Shown here one piece after another: positions 8,609 to 17,664 of a stretch of 27,714 bases of DNA. Made by a program: the position numbers and the translations under genes. Under the pieces are notes generated by a model. That model worked only from the letters and a program-made list of their open reading frames with translations. It made no database searches and had not been told where the DNA came from. Within the stretch, counting starts at the first letter, position 1, and each line of letters begins with the position of its first letter. Where the stretch lies: IMG/VR virus record IMGVR_UViG_2778261035_000014. One strand, given 5' to 3'. Source of the DNA: a virus. Lineage: Duplodnaviria > Heunggongvirae > Uroviricota > Caudoviricetes.

Positions 8609-9389
8609 CTTCATCGTAGTGATATACATCCGGCCCGTTAACTTGTTGCTTTACTGGCGCTGGTTCTGTTGCGGGTATATCGTCAGGCCGCATCTGTTCT
8701 CCTGGCTCACCCATATTGGTTTTGCCTTTCAGTTTCCATACAAGTTTGATCTCATCCTGCCAGGTTGTAGCACCATGGGATTGCGCCCAGCGTCGCGCCT
8801 CTGGAACCAAATCCCCACGAGAGGTAAACGAGTTGGCGAGCCATGGTATCCCGACAACATTTTCCCCAGCTGACTCACTCAGTGATGGATCATCACTATT
8901 GGATAAATCAACATCGACAGGAATATCCACAGCAGGTACGCCGTCTGGTTTTCCAGTAACAGGCGCGGCAGATGCCACCACGAAAGATTCCACAACAGGT
9001 TTTTGCTCATTCTTACCGCTCTCCTCGGTTTCCACTTTTCTATTACTCGCCTGCGCGGAATTATGATCGTCAAGAAAAACCATCAGCGATGGATCGAGTT
9101 CGACCGGAGAAATTTTGTGTGTACTCCCCTTCACTTCCTCAAAAGTGATCATTCCAGCTTCACGAAGCTTGTTCCTGAAATTGCGAACGGCTTCGGGCTT
9201 GCAGCCGCAACGTTTACCAATCGTGCCAACAGATTCGTAATAAGTTCTGCCTGTTTTGTCATAGCTGTAAACCAGAGATAACAAAATTTTCATGTTGCCA
9301 TTAATGGTCAGGCCGTTGTACTCGGTAAGGTCGAGAACGCTGTATTCAAGTTTTACAAAATCCTTACTGTCCCGGTTCTGTTTGCTCAT
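8586..9389 (-). CDS. Replication-initiator-like protein with N-terminal winged-helix DNA-binding domain
   Basis: 267 aa with a GGAGA Shine-Dalgarno. N-terminal segment KILLSLVYSYDKTGRTYYESVGTIGKRCGCKPEAVRNFRNKLREAGMIT is typical of phage or plasmid replication initiators. Acidic Pro-rich C-terminus. Positional analogue of 21938-22603. Confidence 0.55.
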   Translation of the reverse strand: MSKQNRDSKDFVKLEYSVLDLTEYNGLTINGNMKILLSLVYSYDKTGRTYYESVGTIGKRCGCKPEAVRNFRNKLREAGMITFEEVKGSTHKISPVELDPSLMVFLDDHNSAQASNRKVETEESGKNEQKPVVESFVVASAAPVTGKPDGVPAVDIPVDVDLSNSDDPSLSESAGENVVGIPWLANSFTSRGDLVPEARRWAQSHGATTWQDEIKLVWKLKGKTNMGEPGEQMRPDDIPATEPAPVKQQVNGPDVYHYDEDDPEIPF

Positions 9390-9567
9390 TCTGTTCTCCG
9401 TAAAGTGTCGCCTTGCTGGCTAATGCTGGTTTGATGTCTGGTGTGTTGTCGAAAATGTTCGCGGCAGTCTCCAAGATTTCATTACAGAGCCGTGCCAGGG
9501 GCTTGTCCTGCCTTTTGGCCTCAGCCAGTAGAGCCTGATAAACGTGCTGTTGAAATTTGATGTTCAT
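9364..9567 (-). CDS. Ribbon-helix-helix (CopG/Arc-like) DNA-binding protein
   Basis: 67 aa. MNIKFQQHVYQALLAEAKRQDKPLARLCNEILE is clearly homologous to the element-2 small ORF MNINFDSATYNALLNRAKAEGKSIPKLVNELLI. Overlaps the rep-like gene start. Confidence 0.55.
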   Translation of the reverse strand: MNIKFQQHVYQALLAEAKRQDKPLARLCNEILETAANIFDNTPDIKPALASKATLYGEQNEQTEPGQ

Positions 9568-9655
9568 TCAAGTTGTCCTCCTCGTTCTAGGTACAAAAGA
9601 CCTCCCGCCAGTGGTCGCCCAGAAGGCGAACCGGCTCAGGTTTTGTTCAGTGTTG

Positions 9656-10102
9656 TTAGGCTGCGGTTGCTGTCGGGAATTCGCCAGCCAGTGGATAACC
9701 GTAGGCTTCAAGTTCTTCTGCACCGCTGACAGCCACAAGCAGCATAATGATCTGCTCATGAGTCAGAGAAAGACCTAGCTTATCCAGATAAAGCTGTCGA
9801 TGGCCTTCCAGGATTGGACGAAGTATATCGGTCAACTCCATTCCAGCAGCGCGTTGATTACTCAGCGGCTTAAGGATGGTTTTAAACGCTCGCGCCTGCT
9901 TCGCCTTTTTGCGCTCCTGCTTCAGAATATGCAGGCAGACGGCAATCTGAGGAAGTCGGGCATGTACAGCGTCTGCCCCGCCGTTTCTACTAATGAAGGC
10001 CCACAAGGCTGATTTGGTGTATTTGCCGTTCAGGATGAGATCAGCGATCTGCTCGCCTGTCATAGTGGTCAGGTCGAGACGTTGGGATTTTGGTTTATTC
10101 AT
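9656..10102 (-). CDS. Hypothetical protein (148 aa), first gene of the leftward operon
   Basis: ORF with a GGAGA Shine-Dalgarno; no family recognised. Confidence 0.5.
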   Translation of the reverse strand: MNKPKSQRLDLTTMTGEQIADLILNGKYTKSALWAFISRNGGADAVHARLPQIAVCLHILKQERKKAKQARAFKTILKPLSNQRAAGMELTDILRPILEGHRQLYLDKLGLSLTHEQIIMLLVAVSGAEELEAYGYPLAGEFPTATAA

Positions 10103-10850
10103 TGGGTTCTCCGTTCTGTTAAAAGAATTATTCGCGGAGGTTCTATTTGTAACCCATTTTGTATTGCCGTGAGGTTGACAAGGAATGTCGTGATGACGGC
10201 AGAATTATTCGAGGATTCATAGGTAAATCATTACCCTACTAGAATCTATTGTATCAGATTTGTCTGTAAATAGCAATCATTATCATGTAGGATTTTATAA
10301 TGCATAATAATCACCATAACACTACAAGTTTACAAAATCTTTGTCAATAGTGCCAAGCCGTTCTATAACGCGTTCTGCGGGTACTTGTCACCATAGGAGT
10401 ACATACGTATCACCACCACCGTTTAAACGCCATAGAGAGGCTTTAAGGAGGTCTGTTAGTTAACCCGCGCCGCCCCGGAGTGAACCGGACAGATGCAAAG
10501 CAGTCCTCTACGCCGTGCTCCGCTCCACATATGGCGAACAAGTTCGCAGCTTCCACACAGAGTAAGAGCGTAGCTCTATGGCGTAGCCTGCCGGGTTACC
10601 CGAGTCACAGAGCGGAGCGATGTGTTAACGAGGGTTAGAAGGTCACGAGATGGCGTGGCTGTTTCACGTCAGCGAAGGTGAGCTTCTTACCACAAACATA
10701 TCTGAAGTGGCTGACCAGCCATTGCAGAGCGGAGCGATGCAGAAGCATCACTATTAAAACTAACAGAATGACCAACCGTCATTCCGTGCTCTCGACCTGG
10801 AGGTACTTTTCTTATCAGTTCTTTTATGGGGATTGTTATTTATTATTATT

Positions 10851-10932
10851 GTGCTCGAAAATCGACTACCCCCTACTCGAAAATCGTGCAGGTAGGTGCT
10901 CGAAAATCGAGGGGGTGGGTACACGAAAATCA
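10851..10932. repeat. Iteron-like array: four ~23-bp direct repeats with core CTCGAAAATCG
   Basis: gtgctcgaaaatcg (10851), tactcgaaaatcg (10875), gtgctcgaaaatcg (10896), acacgaaaatca (10921). Spacing is 22-24 bp, about two helical turns. The spacers ctaccccct and agggggtgg are complementary. Confidence 0.55.
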
Positions 10933-12213
10933 TGCAGGTATCACCGGGTGAGAATTTTCCAAGTCATCCACGCGACCAACGCACCGATGAAAACTTCCGG
11001 TTTGATATGTCCGCGTCATGCTTCAATGGCACAATCAACGGCAACACCTGAGGCGGTCCAAACACCTGATCCGCTCCGAGAATTGATCATCTCCCTCCCC
11101 TGCTTTCATCTGAAAGTACCGACCATTCTCCGCGCTGGCTGAAGATTGGCAACCCTATACTGATTTTCTGTCAAAATTTGGTGGATGATCTTTACCATTG
11201 GCTATCTTGTAAACAAAATAGATTAAATGCACCTCAAATAGCCCATAATCCGTAGTTAATCATGCTAAAGTGGTCACTATGCGTACAAATCAGAAGTCTG
11301 AACCTATGGGCGTTATGGTGTGATGTACATAACGAAGCCTTGCCAGCACTGGAAGCGTGAAATTTGGTGGCTGGTATCTGGATCAAGCAACACTCAATTT
11401 CTGAACCTTCGCTTCAAAAAAATAATAAAACAACACACAAAACCAAAACAGATGCCCTCTGGTGGCTGCTGTATCGCGCTGTGGGATGCTGTGGATTATC
11501 GGTATGTCAGTTCACGTTTGTGTAGAGATAACGCCGCTACGGGTTTCTGGTTGAGCGTAGGAGGGATTGGTGGGTTGGCTGTTTACATTGTTGTGGGAAA
11601 TGGTACGAAACAGTGGCGGCCTGGCTCGGTGAATATCACCAGGTGATGGCAGACCTTCAGCCCGTTGTGGTAACGTCGCCGTAGTAGCCCTATGTCTGCT
11701 GCGAATAGAAAAATGTGCTTTTATGGCATTTGATGCACTGTAAACTTCAAAGGCCTGAAACCTGAAATTGTGTGGTGACCAGCCAAACTCATCCAAAATC
11801 CTTGAACAAGAGAACTCACCTCAAATCCTCCTGAATGCTTTCCTTCTGTTGGTGAAATCGCTGTTGTGTACCACGCTTCGCATCAACGCTCCGAAAAGCA
11901 ATACCTGACTATTCCAGTCAAGTACATGTAAGATACAATATGTTAAATGGCTGTACAATTAGTGAACACAGGCACTTCAAAACATCAAGTTATCTCCCTT
12001 GCCTCAGCCCAAAGCAGCATTGTGTAACTGCACTGCTTGTTGCAGTGAGGCGTGTCGCTGAAGGCATCACGTAGCGATATTTGGCGAAGAAAAGCGCTTT
12101 TCACCGAGGGCCTGGGCTGACGGTCTAGCAGATCACCAACAGAGCTGGGGATATTTTCAACAGGAGAATGTAAACTTGGAAGATAAAGAGCCGGGACACT
12201 TACGGGGCAGGTT

Positions 12214-12429
12214 GTGGAAATGAAGAAAATTTTACTATTTGTTGTGGTACTGCTGCCGCTGGCGGCTCATGCAGGAAAAATCACCATAAGCAACCCCGAC
12301 GAACAAGAATTACAGGGCGGGAAAAGGCTTTGCACTTACGAAAACAGCATTTATCTGTTTACGCTGGTGACTCGCTCGCAATCCTGCCCTTTCTCAAAAA
12401 CGTTCGATACAAATGATAATGAAAAGTGA
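12214..12429 (+). CDS. Small secreted protein with two conserved Cys (paralog of 25846-26061)
   Basis: About 70 aa with signal peptide MKKILLFVVVLLPLAAHA. Conserved blocks GKITISNPDEQ, LCTYENS.YLFT, CPFSKTFDT are shared with the element-2 paralog. Confidence 0.6.
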   Translation: MEMKKILLFVVVLLPLAAHAGKITISNPDEQELQGGKRLCTYENSIYLFTLVTRSQSCPFSKTFDTNDNEK

Positions 12430-12442
12430 AACGGAATGTCTG

Positions 12443-12931
12443 CTAATGGGGTGCTTTGCCGATCATCTCCTTAAGATCTTTGAAGCGTTCTTTGATTATT
12501 CTTCCATTCTCGGCTAAACGATTCGCTTCAAACGCAGTGAATTGAGCAATATTTTCTATTTCTTCGCGGCTGATGCTCATAAAATTCTCATCAAGCTTAG
12601 AGAGCATATTTGTGACACCTTGTCTACTTTGTGTAAAGAAACCAAGGTTATCTCTGACACCCTTAAGAAGTTCTTTCTTACCATAAGGGTTCATATTTGT
12701 ACTCGTTTCTATAGACTTGATAAGCTCTTCCGTGTCACTACATATTCCACGGTAAACCAGTTCGACCTCACGAAGCTCTTTCACTGTATCAATTTTCATT
12801 TTCCTTAATGAATCATGCTCAGCATTTTTTCTTGATCGATAGGTGTTATACAGAGCAGTTATACTGACAACAAGTGCAATGAAAGAGAATAGAGCGCTAA
12901 AAAAAGGCAGCAATTCTTTTGACATTTTCAC
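12443..12931 (-). CDS. Membrane-anchored coiled-coil protein (cargo, unknown function)
   Basis: 162 aa with a GGAG Shine-Dalgarno. N-terminal TM helix LLPFFSALFSFIALVVSITALY, then a charged helical domain. Low GC. Confidence 0.6.
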   Translation of the reverse strand: MKMSKELLPFFSALFSFIALVVSITALYNTYRSRKNAEHDSLRKMKIDTVKELREVELVYRGICSDTEELIKSIETSTNMNPYGKKELLKGVRDNLGFFTQSRQGVTNMLSKLDENFMSISREEIENIAQFTAFEANRLAENGRIIKERFKDLKEMIGKAPH

Positions 12932-12953
12932 TCCAAATTTATTAGTCTAGAAG

Positions 12954-13652
12954 TTAACTTCTAAATTTTTGAAAACAACGTCGATCAATCTCTTGTGCCA
13001 ATCTAGTCCGCATCTCTCCATAGCTTAATCTTTCCATATCTGAGGCTATTTTCCAACCACAACCTTTGAAATTACATTTAATAATAGGAAATGGGACATA
13101 GTTATAGAGATCAACGCTGGAGTGTTGGCTAAGAAGGCCTCCACATTTAGGGCATCTCATGTGAAGATTTATTAAAGAGTACCCACTATCACCTAATGCT
13201 TTAGTCCATTCCCAAGAAACTATCATTTCATAAATATTATCCGAAGTATAATGCAAAAAACTGCCCTCTTGTCCTGTAGCTTTCGCTGCAATACGACGGC
13301 GCATTACAAATCCAACAGTAGGTAAAATTGCCAATAATAAAATCGATAAAATGAGGAGCATCCATAAGGGCATTGTGACTGGGAAGGTAAGGATGTCCAT
13401 TAACCAATGGAAGAACTGCTTAATGTAATTCCATAGCCACACAACGACGGCGATCCCACTTCCTCCAGTGACAAGTGCAACGATAACGCCCGATATGCTG
13501 TCTTTGCTAAGGTCTTTCAACCATGCCATAGAAATTCTTCTTATTAAGCTATTCTTTATGCTCAATTTTACAGCGAACCAGATTTTAGGCAATAGGAGCC
13601 ATAAAGCGCCGTGATGGGTACATCCATCGATCAGCGCCTTCAGGCGTGTCAT
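12954..13652 (-). CDS. Membrane protein with C-terminal 4-Cys zinc ribbon (cargo, unknown function)
   Basis: Up to 232 aa; the start may instead be the internal ATG at 13529. Two or three hydrophobic helices, then CPKC-(x25)-CNFKGC. Sits 22 nt upstream of the 162-aa gene, so probably an operon. Confidence 0.55.
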   Translation of the reverse strand: MTRLKALIDGCTHHGALWLLLPKIWFAVKLSIKNSLIRRISMAWLKDLSKDSISGVIVALVTGGSGIAVVVWLWNYIKQFFHWLMDILTFPVTMPLWMLLILSILLLAILPTVGFVMRRRIAAKATGQEGSFLHYTSDNIYEMIVSWEWTKALGDSGYSLINLHMRCPKCGGLLSQHSSVDLYNYVPFPIIKCNFKGCGWKIASDMERLSYGEMRTRLAQEIDRRCFQKFRS

Positions 13653-13977
13653 CAGATTTTCAGCGGTAACGATCAGTGAGTCAGGTGTGCATTTTCGTAT
13701 ACACGAAACGGGGTAGAGCCTGCCGCTTTCCCGGACAGGTTAGTAATCCCATCATATCGCCTGTTTATCCCGCGCTAAGGTCGTCGTAAGCGCCGCTGTT
13801 TCAGGAATGGTTTATAGCCATAGTGAAAGGCTTTGTTTTCTTGTTGGACTATCGCGGTAAGACACTGGAACGACCGCCAGCGTTTTGATAAGCTTCCTGA
13901 TCACTACTCACCAAATCGCGGTAGTTACCAAGGTAGAACGTCGAGAGGGTTCTCAACAGCGCTTACAGAGCGCCTCC

Positions 13978-14064
13978 CTCTAAGCACCGGAAACATAAAG
14001 ATTTTTTAGCTGATTTTAAGCGTAAAAAATCGCTGGAGCGGGCGAAGGGAATCGAGGAAACCCA
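13978..14064. repeat. Inter-element att junction: 16-bp motif (13978-13993) and 22-bp core (14043-14064)
   Basis: Same two motifs as at 786-832 but in the opposite order and with 49 nt between them. Confidence 0.6.
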
Positions 14065-14140
14065 TAATAACCTGCTGTAAAATAAAGATTTTGTGATCAA
14101 TCATAGGTAACTGATTACGTGATAATAGAGGATCATTATC

Positions 14141-15361
14141 GTGTCGATCAAGAGCCAAGCATACTTATTTAAAAGAAAAGATGGGATCTGGATGTTTCAG
14201 ATTTTTGTTCCTAAATACTTACGTCATCTTTACCCTTATAAGTTGTGGAGAAAAAGCACATCTACACGAGATCTGAATGAGGCGAGAAGATTCAGAAACC
14301 ATCTATTATTAGAATGGGAGGAACTAAAGCGAAAACATAATCCTGATAACCCCGAAAGGAGGTTACAAAAAGCTATTGAATCCTTACATTCAGAGGCAAG
14401 GGCCAATAAAAACACGCAAAGAGCCGTAAAACGCGGTTATGCACCGCCTTCCCTGTGCCTAATACGTGACGAATACGCCGAATGCTACAGAGAGCGTCGT
14501 TCATACTCAACACTACAGAAATCAGCAAGGGCCGTTGAGCTATTTTTACAAAGCATTCAGAAAGATGATATTCATATTGAGAAAATAGGCAGACGGCTTG
14601 TAACAGTATTCTTAGATGACCAGAAGCAACGAGGAGCAGCCGATCAATCTCGTCAAAACTGGCTTACATGCTTAGGATCGCTCTATGAATTTGCTAAACG
14701 CCGTTATGACGGAATACCAGACAATAACCCTTTTCACGGTCATAACCTCGAAGCACGTCGCACAATCGAGAGTTATCAACCGTTTACACCTGAACAAATG
14801 CAAAAGCTACTTGATGCAGCGGAGCCGGAGATCAGAAATATTATTTTAATGGGCTTGTTTTCAGGATGCAGATTAGACGAACTGGCAAGCCTGAAAAAGT
14901 CAGAGGTTGTAACTGTGGAAGGAATACGCTGTTTTTATATCAGCAAGAGTAAGACTAAAGCAGGGATCAGACACGTTCCGATACATTCGAGACTATCGAT
15001 TATTGTCGATGAATATTTAAATCATAATTATGGTGAATATTTGTTCCCTCACTCGAACAAAGTAAAAAGAATCGACGGCAAGAAAGGCCCGTTCTATTCT
15101 CAAGCATTCTCACGTTTACGTCGTAACGTCTTGCCAATCGCTACAGATAGACAATGCTTTCACAGCTTGCGCGGGATGTTTATCACTTGTCTTGATCGTG
15201 CCGGAGTGCCTGAACAGCGGATCGGAGCCATTACCGGACATACAGAGCAGAGAGCTAAAACAGAAGCCTTTCGCACCTACTCACAAGGGGCAAGCATTCC
15301 AGAATTAGCTGAATATGTAGAATTAGTAAAATATGAATTAAATATTGATTTTAAGGCGTAA
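14141..15361 (+). CDS. int: Tyrosine-type site-specific integrase (second, diverged copy)
   Basis: 406 aa with a GTG start and AGAGGA Shine-Dalgarno. Same catalytic motifs (SGCRLDE, HSLRGMF, GHTEQ...RTYS). N-terminus differs from integrase 1. Confidence 0.9.
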   Translation: MSIKSQAYLFKRKDGIWMFQIFVPKYLRHLYPYKLWRKSTSTRDLNEARRFRNHLLLEWEELKRKHNPDNPERRLQKAIESLHSEARANKNTQRAVKRGYAPPSLCLIRDEYAECYRERRSYSTLQKSARAVELFLQSIQKDDIHIEKIGRRLVTVFLDDQKQRGAADQSRQNWLTCLGSLYEFAKRRYDGIPDNNPFHGHNLEARRTIESYQPFTPEQMQKLLDAAEPEIRNIILMGLFSGCRLDELASLKKSEVVTVEGIRCFYISKSKTKAGIRHVPIHSRLSIIVDEYLNHNYGEYLFPHSNKVKRIDGKKGPFYSQAFSRLRRNVLPIATDRQCFHSLRGMFITCLDRAGVPEQRIGAITGHTEQRAKTEAFRTYSQGASIPELAEYVELVKYELNIDFKA

Positions 15362-15468
15362 AACAACGCCATAAACGTAATAAAAAGGCTTCCTTGTAAT
15401 GGGAGCCTCTTATATGCTTAATTCCTTACAAGAGTGTTTTAGATTGTGATTAAACATTCTCTTTATCA

Positions 15469-17310
15469 TTAACTTGGTGCTTGCCCAGACAGAGCCGCCA
15501 ACGTGAAACTACGTTCAAAATCTTGTTGGATACTTCCCACTTTGTAATCGAGGTATGATCCAAGCTGACTACCATCAGGGGCGATATTCACATCCACCTT
15601 GCTTTCCGGCACGTTTACGACGATGTTCGGTGCATACGTCATAGATGGGGTAGTGTTCAGATCACGGCTAACGTTCTGTTTCAGGGATTGCACGTTATCA
15701 GATGGGCTTGCATAGTTCTGAATTGCAGTTCCGCCAGTCGTTGGCTTGTCTTCCGTGCCAGGAATAGGATCTAAGCCTAAAGCACTACGACCCCAATCAA
15801 CCATACCACCTACAAACGAGTCCTTATAATACATACCGGACGAATCAAGGTTTTCATGCTTGTTCTCTGGGTTGATATTTTGGTATGCAGCAGTAAGCCA
15901 CGATACAGCACCAGCAAAGGCGCTCATCATTTCAGCCGTTGAGCTTCCAAGTTCTTTAAACAGAGGATTCAAATCTTTCAACATTTGCGCCCACTCTTCA
16001 CCAGCTTGAGCATCGAACTCTTCACCAAATCCAGTCATGATAGCTTTCTTACTACCTTCCCATGCCATATTCATATTTGCCTGTACCGCTTGCAGACGTT
16101 CGGCAGCGTCCAGATCCGCTTGTGTATAGGTGGCATTGGCCTTTTGCATCTTAACGATGGTCTTGTTTAGCTCTTCACCATTACGACTAAAGGCACCACG
16201 GAAATATTGCAAATCATTGCCCAGGTCTTCAAGGATGTGCCCGATTTCTTGATCTGATAATCCACGGCGTTCACCTTCTTTCACTACAGCGCCCAGGAAA
16301 CCTAAAGGATCAGTCTGGAAACCTTTAACCTGTTCAGGTGACCAGCCATATTTATTAAGGATGTTATCGACGGCACCATTACCGCCAGCCCAGCGACCTT
16401 TCTTAGCGTCCCATTTGGTATTCCCTACGGATTCACCTAAACGTTCCTGAACGTCTTTAAGGTTGTCTTGACGTTGGTCTACGGAACTATCAACACCGTG
16501 TTCTAAGCCGTACTGGTTGAGAGCTAACAGGGCGTTAGTGTTTACGTTGACAGCCTTTGCCTTGCGGTTAGTGTCTGTGATCTTGCTTGCCTGATCGGTT
16601 ACGGTATTGAATATCGCAGCACCGCCGAAAGTAGCAGCAGTGAGAGCGGCACCGCCTACCATTGCACCGACACCAGCGCCCATATGACCACCTTTAAGCT
16701 GTTTAGCCATATGTGGGTATTTACCGCCATCAGCCGCCACCTGGCGAGCTTTTACAGCAGCCGCACGGCGTTCTAACGTGATACGATCACGGATCAGGTG
16801 ATTCATCTTAGCCTGACTTATAGCGCCTTTCTCATACGCTGCCGTTTGTGCTTTGATGTATTGCAATGTTTTGTAGTACTGGGCGCTGTTCATACCGTCG
16901 CCCATACGCCCTTTTTTGATGCCTTCAAGCTGGCGGAAAGCTTGCTGGCGTTTAATCTCTGCCTTCTCTGCTATTGTCGCTTTAGCGCGGATCTGTTTAT
17001 CGGCAGCTATAGCGGCTTTAGCCTTCGCTTTAGCTTCTGCCTTTGCCACCTTATCAGCGTTCTTCTTGTCTGTTTGAGCTTGCTTGTCTGACGCTTTAAC
17101 ATCAGCTTTAGCCTGTGCAGCTTTACGAGCCTTTACCAGATCATGAGCATCGTCTATAGCTTTTTTAGCCTTCTTCCCTTTCAATGTTGGATTGGTCAGG
17201 TTTTCCATTTCTTTTTGAAATTTCTTCCCTGCATCGCGTGCTTTCTGCAATGATGCAAAATCAACTTTAAATACAACCTTGTTTGTTAAGGTTGAGATGT
17301 TTAAATCCAT
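15469..17310 (-). CDS. Long coiled-coil protein with glycine-rich hydrophobic segment (tape-measure-like, function unresolved)
   Basis: 613 aa with an AAGGA Shine-Dalgarno. TolA-like KAKAEAKAKAKAAIAADKQIRAK helix, then GGHMGAGVGAMVGGAALTAATFGGAAIF. Lies downstream of the capsid and HTH genes, unlike element 1. Confidence 0.6.
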   Translation of the reverse strand: MDLNISTLTNKVVFKVDFASLQKARDAGKKFQKEMENLTNPTLKGKKAKKAIDDAHDLVKARKAAQAKADVKASDKQAQTDKKNADKVAKAEAKAKAKAAIAADKQIRAKATIAEKAEIKRQQAFRQLEGIKKGRMGDGMNSAQYYKTLQYIKAQTAAYEKGAISQAKMNHLIRDRITLERRAAAVKARQVAADGGKYPHMAKQLKGGHMGAGVGAMVGGAALTAATFGGAAIFNTVTDQASKITDTNRKAKAVNVNTNALLALNQYGLEHGVDSSVDQRQDNLKDVQERLGESVGNTKWDAKKGRWAGGNGAVDNILNKYGWSPEQVKGFQTDPLGFLGAVVKEGERRGLSDQEIGHILEDLGNDLQYFRGAFSRNGEELNKTIVKMQKANATYTQADLDAAERLQAVQANMNMAWEGSKKAIMTGFGEEFDAQAGEEWAQMLKDLNPLFKELGSSTAEMMSAFAGAVSWLTAAYQNINPENKHENLDSSGMYYKDSFVGGMVDWGRSALGLDPIPGTEDKPTTGGTAIQNYASPSDNVQSLKQNVSRDLNTTPSMTYAPNIVVNVPESKVDVNIAPDGSQLGSYLDYKVGSIQQDFERSFTLAALSGQAPS

Positions 17311-17328
17311 AATATTTTCCTTTACCTT

Positions 17329-17544
17329 TTATTTATTCTGTTTTGATACGTAATATTGCACTGCTTCCATAGCGGAACAGCCTGTAGCAAAAATTCTTTG
17401 ACGTACAGCGGTATTAGAGATCCCTAAAAACTTACATACTTGTGAGATATTTAGAATATCTTCCGGTAAGGTGGAAACAGCTTTCAGGATTTCAACGGGA
17501 TTGTTATTTTGTGTGTTCATGGTTTTCTCACTTTTATTCGACAT
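17329..17544 (-). CDS. Small helix-turn-helix DNA-binding protein
   Basis: 63-71 aa. HTH-like ILNISQVCKFLGISNTAVRQRI. C-terminus homologous to the 2938-3150 product. Confidence 0.55.
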   Translation of the reverse strand: MSNKSEKTMNTQNNNPVEILKAVSTLPEDILNISQVCKFLGISNTAVRQRIFATGCSAMEAVQYYVSKQNK

Positions 17545-17664
17545 TAGAAAACAAAAAGGGCAAAGAGATCCGTTACTGTATTTGCTTTACAGGTTAGTTA
17601 ATCCCTTTTGCCCTTATTGCCTGTTTTATTTCCAGTCGCACAGGAAACGACTATTAACGCTTTA

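Larger units (their letters stand above)
786..14064. mobile_element. Integrative element 1 (~13.3 kb), satellite-like or defective capsid-encoding element bounded by att core repeats
   Basis: Flanked by 22-bp direct repeats, with an integrase at the left end, capsid genes, a rep-like gene, and low-GC cargo at the right end. Confidence 0.55.

Noticed and set aside
10380-10800. Retron msr/msd or CRISPR mini-array
   Set aside because: No reverse transcriptase or cas gene anywhere in the window, and the repeats are only two copies at irregular spacing.
10678-11796. ORFs 10678-11142, 11320-11646 and 11512-11796 as genes
   Set aside because: They have no ribosome-binding sites, odd composition (Cys/Trp/Arg-rich) and overlap the repeat-rich regions, so are more likely non-coding or degraded.
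13925-13965. Plus-strand stretch GTAGTTACCAAGGTAGAACG...GAGGGTTC resembling a tRNA-Gly D-arm and T-arm
   Set aside because: It is in the opposite orientation to the att core, lacks an anticodon arm and acceptor pairing, so is probably coincidental or a scrambled remnant.
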